From Nitrososphaerota archaeon (GTDB lineage: Archaea > Thermoproteota > Nitrososphaeria_A > Caldarchaeales > Calditenuaceae): a stretch of DNA of 64,000 bases. Each line of letters begins with the position of its first letter. The first letter of the stretch is position 1. The stretch lies in assembly GCA_041641295.1 (NCBI GenBank), contig JBEPYO010000001.1:602776-666775 (forward strand), read 5' to 3'. Below the pieces are notes generated by a model, which saw nothing but the letters and a program-made list of their open reading frames with translations, had not been told where the DNA came from and made no database searches. This document shows, piece by piece, positions 8,380-18,087 of this stretch. The position numbers and the translations under genes were made by a program.

Positions 8380-9661
8380 TCTCCAGCTTTAGGAAGTGTG
8401 TCGCACAGGAGATGCATGGGTCGTAGTTTCTTACCGCCTGCTCGAACCGCCAGACTGCCTGGCTACGTGGGAGCCTCACTATCTCGGGGGCTAGGGCCCG
8501 GAGGTCCTCCTCAATCCTCTTCTGGTTCTGGGCTGTGGGGGGCACTATCTTGGCTGAGAGTATCCGGCCCTCGCCATCCACGTCGTATCTGTGGTAGAGT
8601 ATGCCTCTCGGAGCCTCAGTGCATCCGCAACCTCTCCCAGCTCTGACCTGCGGCTCAACCCTAGGACTCGACGGCTCAACATATTCGTCGATAATCCTGA
8701 GAGCCTCCTCAAAGGAGTAGTATGTCTCAGCAACTCGCGCGATTATGCTCTTGAACGGGTTCCTGCAAGGTGTCTTAAAGCCGATTCTCCTTAAGGCCCC
8801 TTTTGTGCGGTCGTGGAGCTTGTCATAGTTAAGGTTGATTCTGGAGAGGGGGCCGACCATGTATGAGCCCCTGCCGACTATGTAGGAGTGTAGCGCATTG
8901 GAGTGTGGGACCTGCTCCTCCGCAAAATAGTCCTCGTACTGGTCAACATCAATGTCCAATCCCTTATTCGACACAATCCTTCCCTCGTTCATCGGATACT
9001 CTTCTGGGTGTCTGAGGGAGACGAACTCGTAGTCCTGCTCAAAAGCAGGGAACTCTAGGTCCGCAACCCACTCCAGCAGGTCTTCAACAGTCGCCATGTT
9101 TTCTACTAGTCGCTCCCTCAGCTCCATTAGCTCGCGCTTAGAAGGCACGCGGTAGAACCCACCTACGCATGCTGAGACAGGGTGAATCTCCCGGCCACCC
9201 AGCAGCGAGACTATATCATTTCCCAGCTTCTTCACCTTGAGGGCATTCTTCACTACTCTGGGGTGTTTCTTAGCCATCTTAATTGCGTCGTCGTATCCTA
9301 GGAAGTCGGGTGCGTGGAGGAGGAAGGCGTGGAGCATGTGGCTCTCTATCCACTCACCACAGTAGTAAAGCCTCCTCAGACTCCTCACCGACGGGGCTAT
9401 GGTTACGCCGAAGAGCCTTTCAAAAGCATGCACCGAGCTCATCTGATAAGCCACAGGGCAAATCCCGCAGATCCTAGCAGTTATATCTGGGGCGTCATAG
9501 TACATCCGGCCCACTAGCAGTGCTTCGAAGAGCCTCGGAGGCTCGAATATCCTGAACTTGACGTCCACCACCTCGCGGCCTCTAAGCTTGATGTAGAGCG
9601 CGCCCTCGCCCTCAACCCTGGCTAGGTAGTCCACACGGTATTCCTTCTCCCTAGCAGTCAA
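8366..9661 (-). CDS. hydA: [NiFe] hydrogenase large (alpha) subunit, group 3b / sulfhydrogenase-like
   Basis: N-terminal [19 protein letters not shown] (RxCGxC...H) and C-terminal DPCISCATH nickel-binding motifs. 431 aa, matching the Pyrococcus HydA size. Confidence 0.85.
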   Translation of the reverse strand: MTAREKEYRVDYLARVEGEGALYIKLRGREVVDVKFRIFEPPRLFEALLVGRMYYDAPDITARICGICPVAYQMSSVHAFERLFGVTIAPSVRSLRRLYYCGEWIESHMLHAFLLHAPDFLGYDDAIKMAKKHPRVVKNALKVKKLGNDIVSLLGGREIHPVSACVGGFYRVPSKRELMELRERLVENMATVEDLLEWVADLEFPAFEQDYEFVSLRHPEEYPMNEGRIVSNKGLDIDVDQYEDYFAEEQVPHSNALHSYIVGRGSYMVGPLSRINLNYDKLHDRTKGALRRIGFKTPCRNPFKSIIARVAETYYSFEEALRIIDEYVEPSSPRVEPQVRAGRGCGCTEAPRGILYHRYDVDGEGRILSAKIVPPTAQNQKRIEEDLRALAPEIVRLPRSQAVWRFEQAVRNYDPCISCATHFLKLEIEEE

Positions 9662-10431
9662 GCCTCAGCCTCCACCTCCCTAAAGCCAGGCGCCCAAGCG
9701 TTGAAGAGTCTGAAGGCCATGACGACTTCCTCCCGCCTCCTACCCAGCTCTATGAAACGCTTCATTAGTGACTTAGAGTTAAGCGACTCTTTAGGCCCGT
9801 AGCAGCCATAGCATCCCCTCCCATAGGCTGGGCAGATGGCCCCACAGCCTGCATGAGTCACTGGCCCGAGACATGGAACGCCCCGAGCCACCATTACACA
9901 TGCCGTGCCCCTCAGCTTACACTCGACACAGACGCTCTGGTTGGGAATGCTGGGCGCCCTCCCCGAGAGGTACGCCGAAATCACCTCGAGTAGCTGGTAC
10001 TTGTTTATTGGGCAGCCCCGGAGTTCGAAGTCAACCGGCACGTGGTCTGAGATGGGGGTAGACTTGTCCAGCGTCTCGATGTATTCTGGCTTCGGATAGA
10101 CGTATTTCATAAACTCGGCTGAGCCCCTCCAGTTCCTGAGGGCCTGTATCCCGCCTGCTGTCGCGCACGCGCCTATGGTTATGAGTACTCTGCAGTTCTT
10201 CCTGATCTCTTTGATGAGCTCGGCGTCGTGGGGGGTTGTGATGCTTCCCTCTACTAGGCCGATGTCATATGGGCCCTTAACTACTGCACGGCTTGCCTCC
10301 AAGAAGTACGCGATCTCGAATGTCTCGCCAATTGTTAGCAACTCCTCCTCCAAGTCGAGGATGCTTAGCTGGCAGCCATCACATGACGCGAATTTATAGA
10401 CTGCAATCTTTGGCCTTCTCTTCGCCATCAC
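9658..10431 (-). CDS. hydD: [NiFe] hydrogenase small (delta) subunit. The likely start is [20 protein letters not shown] at 10431, rather than 10542.
   Basis: FASCDGCQ and GCPI Fe-S/NiFe small-subunit motifs. A start at 10431 gives a 4-nt overlap with the hydG stop; the listed longer ORF would overlap hydG by 115 nt. Confidence 0.8.
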   Translation of the reverse strand: MMAKRRPKIAVYKFASCDGCQLSILDLEEELLTIGETFEIAYFLEASRAVVKGPYDIGLVEGSITTPHDAELIKEIRKNCRVLITIGACATAGGIQALRNWRGSAEFMKYVYPKPEYIETLDKSTPISDHVPVDFELRGCPINKYQLLEVISAYLSGRAPSIPNQSVCVECKLRGTACVMVARGVPCLGPVTHAGCGAICPAYGRGCYGCYGPKESLNSKSLMKRFIELGRRREEVVMAFRLFNAWAPGFREVEAEA

Positions 10432-11285
10432 ACCTCCCTCCGCCCGAAGAAGTTTGAGACTTCTGAGAGGCTGAAGACAGGCCCATCCTTGCAGACGAAG
10501 AACGGGCCGAACTGGCAGTGCCCACATATACCGACGCCACACTTCATATTCCTCTCCATAGAGATGAAAATCCTCTCATCTGGAAGCCCCTGATTCTTCA
10601 ACTCCTGCACGGTAAACCTCATCATTATCTCAGGGCCGCAGACGTATGCATAGGTGTTGTTTGGCTCGAGCCTCAAGTATCTGAACAGTGTTGTGACTAC
10701 GCCTATGTATCCGCGCCACTTCTCATCCCCTCTATCTACAGTGACGAGTAGCTGGGTGTCCAGCCTGCTCCTCCAGACACGCAGTTCTTTCTTATAGAGC
10801 AGGTCGGCTGGCGTGCGGGCCCCATAGAGAACATAGAGCTTCCCATACTTCTCCCTGTTTCTTATTATGTGTTGTATTGCCGGTCTTAGGGGTGCTAAAC
10901 CTATTCCACCCCCAACAATAATTACGTCCTGACCCTCAGCCTCTCTGAGCGGCCACCCCCTACCGAAGGGCCCCCTCAACCCCACGCTCGAACCTATCCG
11001 CGCCGTCGTCAAGGCCTTGGTCACAGGCCCCACCGCCCTCACGGTATGCTCCAGTGTCTGCCCGTTGGAGGAGGCTCCGCTTATGGAGATGGGGACCTCG
11101 CCCACGCCATAGGCGTAGAGCATGTTGAACTGGCCGGGGCTGAAAGCTATCTCGCCACGCCTGAGCGGACGAAGCCTAATGGTGTACGTGTCAGGCGTCT
11201 CTTTATTCCGTCCAACCAATTGGCACCAATCAATCCTGAACGGCTCTAGAGCGGTGGCCGCTCCGAGACTCTGCTCAGTCATCAC
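10428..11285 (-). CDS. hydG: Hydrogenase gamma subunit (FAD/NAD(P)-binding oxidoreductase with a 2Fe-2S cluster, AsrB-like)
   Basis: Ferredoxin-NADP reductase-like fold motifs with the C-terminal [10 protein letters not shown] 2Fe-2S motif. 285 aa. Confidence 0.8.
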   Translation of the reverse strand: MMTEQSLGAATALEPFRIDWCQLVGRNKETPDTYTIRLRPLRRGEIAFSPGQFNMLYAYGVGEVPISISGASSNGQTLEHTVRAVGPVTKALTTARIGSSVGLRGPFGRGWPLREAEGQDVIIVGGGIGLAPLRPAIQHIIRNREKYGKLYVLYGARTPADLLYKKELRVWRSRLDTQLLVTVDRGDEKWRGYIGVVTTLFRYLRLEPNNTYAYVCGPEIMMRFTVQELKNQGLPDERIFISMERNMKCGVGICGHCQFGPFFVCKDGPVFSLSEVSNFFGRREV

Positions 11286-11767
11286 ACCGCACCAGTCCTC
11301 GGCTCACCGTAGATATCCGCGAGACGCAGCCTAGCAGCCCTAAGCCTGTCAGCGACAACCATCACTATGCGCCGGTAGACCTCGTAGCCGAATTCGATGT
11401 CGCTCTCCATCATCCGCAACATTTTCTCACTGTCGATCGAGATCGCCATCGTGTTCTCAACGGCTACCGCGCCGGCGGTCTTCTTGAAGGGCTCTATGAG
11501 TGAGGACCAGCCCAGAACCTCCCCGCTGCCAATGGTCTCGAACCTGAACTCACCCCGCGGCGGAATATTGAAGTAAAGAGCTACAAGGCCATAGACTATC
11601 AGGTACAGTTTTTTATGCACTTCTCCCTCGCTGAATATCCGCTGCCCCGCTGTGAACCGAACAATGCTAGCGATTGATGCGAGCTCCTTGACCTTCTCCG
11701 CCCGCATGCCCTTGGTGAAGGGGTGGTCGCTCAGCAGTGTTAAGAGCTCGACCTGCTGGCTACTCAT
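11282..11767 (-). CDS. Cyclic nucleotide-binding (CAP effector) domain protein with no DNA-binding domain, embedded in the hydrogenase operon
   Basis: The cNMP-binding beta-roll pattern is present: [20 protein letters not shown]...[12 protein letters not shown]...[13 protein letters not shown]. There are 4-nt overlaps with hydB upstream and hydG downstream. Confidence 0.7.
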   Translation of the reverse strand: MSSQQVELLTLLSDHPFTKGMRAEKVKELASIASIVRFTAGQRIFSEGEVHKKLYLIVYGLVALYFNIPPRGEFRFETIGSGEVLGWSSLIEPFKKTAGAVAVENTMAISIDSEKMLRMMESDIEFGYEVYRRIVMVVADRLRAARLRLADIYGEPRTGAV

Positions 11768-12948
11768 GTCGCACTCACCTCCAGCACCCTCTGCCTAATC
11801 TTCGCCGCCTCCTCCGTAATATCTATCCCCACTGGGCACCAAGTGATGCACCTGCCACAGCCCACACAGCCCATGACGCCGAACTGGTCAATCCACGTCG
11901 CGAGCTTGTGTGTAAACCACTGACGATACCTGCTCATCCTACTAGACCTGATGGGGCCTCCGTGGATATAGGAGAAGTCGGCATTGAAGCATGAGTCCCA
12001 TCTCCTCCAACGCTCAGCAACATTGCCCGAAAGAGTTGTAACCTCCTCAACAGTCGTGCAGAAGCATGTGGGGCAGACAAGTGTACAGTTAGCGCATGCG
12101 AGACACCTCTCAGCAACCTCTGCGTAGACCGGGCTCTCGAGGTTTTTGTACAACAAGTCCTTCAGACCGTTCACGTCCAGACCCTTCCTAAACAATGTTC
12201 GAGCCCTCTCAATCCTCGCAGCGGCCTCTGAGACTTCCTCGTCAGTCGCCCTCCGCGCACCGATACGCTCTAGGAGGCTCTTGCCAGCACTCGAACCCGC
12301 CTTAGCTACGAAGTAGTGTACACCATCGCCCACTACCTCAGTGAGGCCTATATCGTAGCCCGACCCCGCCTCAGGCCCCGTGCCGACGGATAGGCAGAAG
12401 CAGTTCTCACCCGGCTCGGTACAGTTGACCGCAACTATGAAGACCTCGCGCCTCATTGCCGAGTAGACTGGGTCCACGTATGGGCCGCCCAGCAACACCT
12501 TGTCTAGGACCGAGATGGCGGCGAGCTCACACCCCCTAACCCCTATGAAGGCCAGCTTCTTCCCCAACACGTTGTTGGGGGTGACTTCACCTTTTCTCGA
12601 AACTGTGAAGAGTTTGACGCGGGGTGGATATAGAAACCTCTTCCACGAGTGTGGGCCTACTACGAAGCCGAAGAACGCCTTATCACCTCTCTCCTCTAGC
12701 CTGTAGTATCCTGGCCCCTGCCTATCCCTCAGCCCCACTGGTAGCTGAGAGGCTGACTCAATCTCATCGTACACTATGGCACCCTCCCTGACTACTGGCC
12801 CAATAACAGAGTATCCAAGCCCTCGAAGAGCTGTGATTAGCTCGCCGAGAAGCGGGGGGTCGAGAAGATAATGATCGCTTTGATCTCTAAGTTCCCCCAT
12901 CACATGTTTTAGAGTATTGAAAATCATATAAATATATCGTGCCTTCAT
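11764..12948 (-). CDS. hydB: Hydrogenase beta subunit (4Fe-4S, AsrA-like). An alternative start at 12900 (MGELRD...) would place a TATA box inside the listed first 16 codons.
   Basis: Multiple CxxCxxCxxxCP ferredoxin motifs ([16 protein letters not shown]; [16 protein letters not shown]). It is the first gene of the hydBGDA-type order. Confidence 0.8.
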   Translation of the reverse strand: MKARYIYMIFNTLKHVMGELRDQSDHYLLDPPLLGELITALRGLGYSVIGPVVREGAIVYDEIESASQLPVGLRDRQGPGYYRLEERGDKAFFGFVVGPHSWKRFLYPPRVKLFTVSRKGEVTPNNVLGKKLAFIGVRGCELAAISVLDKVLLGGPYVDPVYSAMRREVFIVAVNCTEPGENCFCLSVGTGPEAGSGYDIGLTEVVGDGVHYFVAKAGSSAGKSLLERIGARRATDEEVSEAAARIERARTLFRKGLDVNGLKDLLYKNLESPVYAEVAERCLACANCTLVCPTCFCTTVEEVTTLSGNVAERWRRWDSCFNADFSYIHGGPIRSSRMSRYRQWFTHKLATWIDQFGVMGCVGCGRCITWCPVGIDITEEAAKIRQRVLEVSAT

Positions 12949-12975
12949 GCTGAAGGTCTATGCTTTCATGCTGAA
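12944..12975. promoter_or_regulatory. Two copies of the inverted-repeat motif TTCA-N3-TGAA (TTCATGCTGAA) spaced 21 nt apart, upstream of hydB. A candidate operator.
   Basis: The sequence is read directly. Copies lie at 12944-12954 and 12965-12975 within the 65-bp AT-rich gap between the mrp stop and the hydB start. Confidence 0.4.
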
Positions 12976-13013
12976 TATTATTGAGATATGTAGACAAGCA
13001 TAAGGGTGTGGAA

Positions 13014-13793
13014 CTAGTCTACACTTAGGCCCGCATTCCTGAGAACGTGTTTGAGCGCATCAGCGAACCGCGTCGAAAGAAGCTCATCCCTCCCCAGCCT
13101 GCCGCTCCGCGAACTCAGCAACGGGTCAAAAGGAATCTCTCCTAGAAACGCAACGCCTTTAGCACGCGCCAGCTCCTTCGTAGGACTCTCAGGGTCGCTG
13201 GTGGACATGTTCTCTACGAGGCCGATTATTTTTAGAGACGCCGACCTCAGAATATCTATGAGTCTTCCGGCCACGTTTACTGCCAAGTGCGTCGGCGTGG
13301 TAATCACGATTGCTCCGCCACTCCTCTTAACGTATTTCGAGATCGTGAGAAGTTCGTCCCCAGTCCCCGGAGGCATGTCTACTAACAGGTAGTCGAGCCT
13401 GCCGAAGGCTGTTAGGGCCAGCATCTCCTTCACGATCTCCTCCTTGGCCTGCCCTGTTAGGGGGAGGGGCCTACCCTTCGAGAAAAGGTCGATGGACATA
13501 ACCTTCAACCCCTCCACCACCGGCGGGACCAGACCCTCTCCCGACTCGACAGGATTGTCCTCAACACCTAGTAGTAGGCATGAAGAGGGGCCATGCAGGT
13601 CGAGGTCGAGCAGCCCTGTCCTATTGGATGCCCGTGAGAGCATGAGGGCGGCGGTGGCGGCTATTAGGCTCTTCCCCACACCACCCTTCCCGCCCGTGAC
13701 CAAGATTATTTGAGAGATTTTTCCTATGTTCTCCTCGATGAGGGAGTCTCTGTAGTCGAGCCGGCCCCCACTATCCCTCGACGCATACGACAT
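13014..13793 (-). CDS. Mrp/MinD/NBP35-family P-loop ATPase (ApbC-like); likely hydrogenase Ni-insertion partner of HypA
   Basis: ILVTGGKGGVGKS deviant Walker A, 259 aa. It overlaps hypA by 23 nt. Confidence 0.8.
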   Translation of the reverse strand: MSYASRDSGGRLDYRDSLIEENIGKISQIILVTGGKGGVGKSLIAATAALMLSRASNRTGLLDLDLHGPSSCLLLGVEDNPVESGEGLVPPVVEGLKVMSIDLFSKGRPLPLTGQAKEEIVKEMLALTAFGRLDYLLVDMPPGTGDELLTISKYVKRSGGAIVITTPTHLAVNVAGRLIDILRSASLKIIGLVENMSTSDPESPTKELARAKGVAFLGEIPFDPLLSSRSGRLGRDELLSTRFADALKHVLRNAGLSVD

Positions 13794-14178
13794 CTCTCAC
13801 ACTCACACCCCGACCCGAGACAATCCTCAAGTCTAGGCTTCCACACCACTTGCAGGCCGCATATGACGCTATCAGATCTGGGAGAAAATGTATCATCTCC
13901 CTCTCCTCCTCGCTGAGACCAGAGATGGCCTCGCCGAAAGTCATAGTGTGGCCGCATGAGCCGCAGCTAATCATAGCAGGCTCAATCTCGATGGAGAACT
14001 CTGCCCCCTTGACCGCGCTGGCCGCGATAAGCCTCTCCAAAGCCTCACGAAGCACACTTGTGTCGAGCATACTCAGCTCACCGACCAAGACCCTAAAGCT
14101 CCTGACACCACAGCCAGACTTTAACGAAAAGTCTCTAACCGACTCGACAACACCCCTCGCGATCGCATACTCATGCAT
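13771..14178 (-). CDS. hypA: Hydrogenase nickel incorporation protein HypA
   Basis: The MHE N-terminus, CGSCGH...CKWCG zinc-finger cysteines and 135-aa length fit HypA. Confidence 0.85.
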   Translation of the reverse strand: MHEYAIARGVVESVRDFSLKSGCGVRSFRVLVGELSMLDTSVLREALERLIAASAVKGAEFSIEIEPAMISCGSCGHTMTFGEAISGLSEEEREMIHFLPDLIASYAACKWCGSLDLRIVSGRGVSVRDVVCVEG

Positions 14179-14490
14179 ATCTCTTAAACAACTACACTAA
14201 CCAACCCATAACCCTTATCCCGGATTTTCAATCCTAACAGTCCAAGGACATCATAGTTTGTTCTTGGACTATTTGTGAATGAGCGATCACTAAAGTATCC
14301 ATATCCTGTGAATTTAGCTTCTATTGTGGCCTATGTGAATGCCTCTGGATTGACTGATCCTCCTCCTTGACTGATAGGCCTTTAGATTGGACGTGAGTGA
14401 CTTATTGGAAATTTAACAATCTTAAACCATAATATACTTTCAGCGAAGTCTCTTAAGAGTTATAAAGCCCCCATACTTGCTATTCTAGTC
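14179..14490. other. AT-rich non-coding leader preceding HTH-LAGLIDADG gene 2
   Basis: GC drops sharply and there are no ORFs. The arrangement is analogous to 4373..4765. Confidence 0.5.
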
Positions 14491-15651
14491 ATGTCTGGAG
14501 AGAGCTGCCCACGCGTAGCGGAGCCTGTAGCAGGGCAGGGAACAGGAGGACTAAATCCCGGTCTTCTCAACGAGCCCGAGGACCAAACAGGGAAAGGATT
14601 AGGAAGAGTCCGGCAGAGAATGACACCGGAGGAAAAGAAGAAGCTCATGGATGTGCTGAAGAGGGAGGCTCTGAGAGGGCTAGGATACGTGAGAATATGG
14701 CGGATGTTAAGGAAGGATGGGGTAAATGTATCGAGGCGGACCGTAGAATACTGGTATCGCAAGTTTTTTCCAGAGAGATTGGGGAGAAGGGGAAAATACC
14801 TTCCACGCGAATTGAGGATAACGCTGTACGAGGAAGTCCTGAGGCTGAGGAGGCAGGGATTAGGTTACAAGAAGATTAGGCGGAGGATTAAAGAATTATA
14901 TGATATCACGCTTGCACCCGCGGTAATTGTTGATTGGTGTAGAGGAATCCATACACCATATGGCGGAATACGAATTCCTACAGTAGACTACCTGAAGCCA
15001 TCCCCAGAGCTAGCTTATGTCATAGGTGTTGTGTGCGGGGATGGATCAGCTGTTAAAACAAGGGGGAGAAGCGGTGAATATGTTATCGGATCTCAAGTTA
15101 AGGATCGAGAGTTTAGCGAGAGATTCGCAGAATGCCTCGGTCGAATACTGAATAGGAGCCCGCCAACGCCGATACTCGTTAGAGGTAAGTTTCAGGTTTG
15201 TGTAAGATCGAGAACTCTTTACCAACTTCTCCGAAAACCAATCGACATAAACAGGATAAAGAATTTCACGGAGCATTGTGAAGACTGCATGAGAAGTTTC
15301 CTAAAAGGCTTCTTCGATAGCGAAGGATCAGTAAGTAAGGAGGGGGAAATTCGCTGTGACAACTCAGACAAACAACTCCTAAACTATGTCAAGACCCTCC
15401 TGAATCGTTTATGCATCGATGTAACAGGGCCGCACTTAGGTGTAAAGAAAGATACGCCCATCTTTAATAAGGATATGCAGAGAATATACATGAGAAAGAA
15501 AGAAGTATATTATCTCAATATCAGGGCTCCATATAGGCTAAAGTATTACGAGCTTGTTGGATTCTCTATTCGAAAGAAACAACAACGAATGGAAAACTAT
15601 TTCAGGAGAAGAGGACTACTGGGGGGTCGCCTACCAGACCACCCCCTATAG
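14491..15651 (+). CDS. HTH-LAGLIDADG homing-endonuclease-like protein, paralog 2
   Basis: LAGLIDADG motifs PELAYVIGVVCGDGSAV and FLKGFFDSEGSVSK with N-terminal HTH-like segments (LGYVRIWRMLRKDGVNVSRRTV; LGYKKIRRRIKELYDI). It is collinear with ORF 4766..5926. Confidence 0.75.
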   Translation: MSGESCPRVAEPVAGQGTGGLNPGLLNEPEDQTGKGLGRVRQRMTPEEKKKLMDVLKREALRGLGYVRIWRMLRKDGVNVSRRTVEYWYRKFFPERLGRRGKYLPRELRITLYEEVLRLRRQGLGYKKIRRRIKELYDITLAPAVIVDWCRGIHTPYGGIRIPTVDYLKPSPELAYVIGVVCGDGSAVKTRGRSGEYVIGSQVKDREFSERFAECLGRILNRSPPTPILVRGKFQVCVRSRTLYQLLRKPIDINRIKNFTEHCEDCMRSFLKGFFDSEGSVSKEGEIRCDNSDKQLLNYVKTLLNRLCIDVTGPHLGVKKDTPIFNKDMQRIYMRKKEVYYLNIRAPYRLKYYELVGFSIRKKQQRMENYFRRRGLLGGRLPDHPL

Positions 15652-15694
15652 TCTCTTTTCACCCCAATCTTGCTGGTGTCTCATTATATAAATG

Positions 15695-15786
15695 CGGGCC
15701 CGGTGGGACTCGAACCCACGGTTTCCGCGCCTTTAACGCTCTGCGGCTTAGGAGGCCGCCGCCTTATCCTTCTAGGCCACGGGCCC
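15695..15786 (-). tRNA. tRNA-Arg (CCU) with an ~18-nt insertion in the variable region, a putative non-canonical intron
   Basis: Hand-folded. The acceptor is GGGCCCG/CGGGCCC, the D-stem GCCU/AGGC, the anticodon stem GCGGC/GCCGC with loop CUCCUAA, and the T-arm GUGGG-UUCGAGU-CCCAC. Total length is 92 nt because 23 nt, not 5, separate the anticodon stem and T-stem. Confidence 0.7.
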
Positions 15787-15821
15787 ATTAACACGCTGTT
15801 TGACGAATTTCAAAAACCTTG

Positions 15822-17639
15822 CTATGGGACTGTTATGGATTTGGCGAGGTTTCGGGGCTTGTCCGGGTCGTGTCCTTTGACGAGGGCTGTGTAGTATGCG
15901 AGGAGCTGGAAGGGGATGGTGTAGGTTGTGGGTGAGAGGAGAGGATGGATCTTCGGCATCTCTATGTAGTAGTCGGCCAGCTGTTTCAGCTCTTGGTCTG
16001 AGGCGTCTCCCACGACGACTGTGTAGGCGCCTCTGGCCTTCATCTCCATTATGCTGCCTATGTTTAGTTTCCGGTACTCGTCTGGCGGCGCCACGAATAT
16101 GACTGGGACACCGCTCTCTACCACGCTTATGGGGCCGTGCTTACTCTCGCCTGCCGGGTAGGTTATGCAGGGGATGTAGGAGAGCTCCATGAGTTTGAGC
16201 CGGCCCTCTAGGGCCGTGCTGTAGGATACTCCGCGGCCGAGGATGAATACTACCCTGCTCTCAGCAATCCTCTCCGCCAGACGCCTTACAGGCTCATGAA
16301 CCCTCGTCAAAGTCTCGGAAACAGCTTGTGGAACCCTCTCCAGCCAAGAGTTGAACTCGTCAATCTCGTACTGGGCTATCTTCCCCCTAAGCCTTGCGAG
16401 GCGGAGGGCAATCTTGGCCAGCACTAATACTTGCGATGTGAAGGTCTTGGTTGCCGCCACCCCTATCTCAGGCCCGGCGTTCTGGAGGACATAGGCTCTC
16501 GAGACCCTCGTCAAAGTTGAGCCGACCGTATTGGTGATTCCGAGTATCGTGCAGGCCCTCATTCGAGCATACTCTAGCGCACTGAGCACGTCGGCGGTCT
16601 CGCCGGACTGGCTTACAGCCAAGATGACAGTGTCGACACCTATGGAGGCTCCATAATTGGGTATGAACTCGGAGGCTATTACGGGAAAGGTGGGGAGCCG
16701 GGCAACCTGTGAGAAGAGGTATGAGCCAGCAACACATGCGTTATACGAGGTCCCCGCACCGAGGAGAAATACTGTGCGCCCCCTGTCGAGGAGCTCCGCT
16801 AGAAGGTCTACATACTCGATCTGGAGTCTGAGGGAGTTCCTAAGAGTCTCAGGCTGTTCAAATATCTCTTTGAGCATGAAGTGTGGGTATCCCTGCTTCT
16901 CAGCCATCTCGACTGTTAGGTCCACTATCTTGACCGGCCTCTCAACAGCCTCACCCGTATCTATCCGTAGGATTCTGTAGCCGCTGCTAGTCAAGACCAC
17001 CATGTCTCCGTCATGCAGGAAGACCATCTCCTTGGTCATGTCTAGGAGGGCGGTGATGTCCGAGGCCACCATGTTAAAGCCCCTCCCAACCCCTATGATG
17101 AGCGGAGCCTCCCTCCTAGCTGCAAGGATTTTCTCCGGGCTCAAAGAGGAGACGAGAGCGACTGCATAGGACCCCTCAAGCCTCTGGAGAGCCTTCCTAA
17201 AAGCCTGCTCCAGCTCCTCACCCCTCCTCAAATACTCCTCGACCAGATGAGCTATGACCTCGCTGTCCGTCCTAGATGCTAGGGCGTGGTCGAGGTCTAG
17301 GAGCTCCTTCTTCAAGGCTAGGTAGTTTTCGATCACTCCGTTGTGAACTATGGCTATCCTTCCGCTGCAGTCGGTGTGGGGGTGTGCGTTCAGTGCCGTT
17401 GGGGCGCCGTGGGTGGCCCATCTCGTGTGGGCTATCCCAAGGGTGCCGGGCATGGAATCCAGCTTCAGCCTCGCATTGATCTCATTAACCCTGCCCGCAT
17501 CCTTCCTAACCACAACCTCACCCGCGTAGACTGTCGCCACTCCGGCCGAGTCGTACCCACGGTATTCAAGCCTCTTCAAAGCCCTCAACAATATAGGCGC
17601 TGCGCTCTCCGCGCCTGCGTAGCCCACAATGCCGCACAT
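15822..17639 (-). CDS. glmS: Glutamine--fructose-6-phosphate aminotransferase
   Basis: N-terminal MCGIVGY catalytic Cys and two SIS domains. 605 aa. Confidence 0.9.
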   Translation of the reverse strand: MCGIVGYAGAESAAPILLRALKRLEYRGYDSAGVATVYAGEVVVRKDAGRVNEINARLKLDSMPGTLGIAHTRWATHGAPTALNAHPHTDCSGRIAIVHNGVIENYLALKKELLDLDHALASRTDSEVIAHLVEEYLRRGEELEQAFRKALQRLEGSYAVALVSSLSPEKILAARREAPLIIGVGRGFNMVASDITALLDMTKEMVFLHDGDMVVLTSSGYRILRIDTGEAVERPVKIVDLTVEMAEKQGYPHFMLKEIFEQPETLRNSLRLQIEYVDLLAELLDRGRTVFLLGAGTSYNACVAGSYLFSQVARLPTFPVIASEFIPNYGASIGVDTVILAVSQSGETADVLSALEYARMRACTILGITNTVGSTLTRVSRAYVLQNAGPEIGVAATKTFTSQVLVLAKIALRLARLRGKIAQYEIDEFNSWLERVPQAVSETLTRVHEPVRRLAERIAESRVVFILGRGVSYSTALEGRLKLMELSYIPCITYPAGESKHGPISVVESGVPVIFVAPPDEYRKLNIGSIMEMKARGAYTVVVGDASDQELKQLADYYIEMPKIHPLLSPTTYTIPFQLLAYYTALVKGHDPDKPRNLAKSITVP

Positions 17640-17783
17640 TTAGCCGCGAGTAGGCTCCCCCCGCATTTAAGTCCTGCTATTTCGAAAGAATAGACGCGCT
17701 TCTCTCCAAGGATTGGAGAGGAAGATGTTGCCAGCTTTTGCTAAGTGTTTTCTTGAGATGGTGGGGAACGCCTCACAGGGGAG

Positions 17784-18071
17784 ATGGTTGTGCGAGAGTT
17801 TACTACGCTGGTGGGGGCGGGCTTGGGCGTAGATTTAAATGTCCCCCCTGGATTTGTGCTGGCTGGTGTCTTCCTAATGGTTAGGCCGAGGCCGCAGCTT
17901 TTTGTGAGGCTGGCTGTCAAGGTGCTCGGAGTAGTAGGCCTAGTCATCTCGGTCCAGATGATGCAGGCGCTCTTCTCCCTCGAGATGGGGGCAATGACTG
18001 TCTTCCCCTACATCGCCATCGCAGTGTTTGCCGCCCTCTTGGTCGCCAGCATCCTTGCAATCCTAGCCTGA
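17784..18071 (+). CDS. Small hydrophobic membrane protein. The likely real start is ATG 17877 (64 aa), preceded by TTTAAAT at 17834-17840.
   Basis: Two predicted TM helices. A TATA-like box lies about 37 nt upstream of the internal ATG. Confidence 0.35.
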   Translation: MVVREFTTLVGAGLGVDLNVPPGFVLAGVFLMVRPRPQLFVRLAVKVLGVVGLVISVQMMQALFSLEMGAMTVFPYIAIAVFAALLVASILAILA

Positions 18072-18087
18072 GCCATAGGTTGAGACG

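Noticed and set aside
8299-8794. Small plus and minus ORFs overlapping hydA
   Set aside because: Shadow ORFs within a motif-supported hydrogenase large-subunit gene.
15695-15786. Alternative reading of tRNA-Arg as a class II long-variable-arm tRNA
   Set aside because: Anticodon CCU is not Leu, Ser or Tyr, and the D-loop does not fit the class II pattern. An insertion or intron is more parsimonious.
15670-15894. 74-aa ORF overlapping tRNA-Arg
   Set aside because: It is a translation of the tRNA and its flank; the tRNA fold is clearly better supported.
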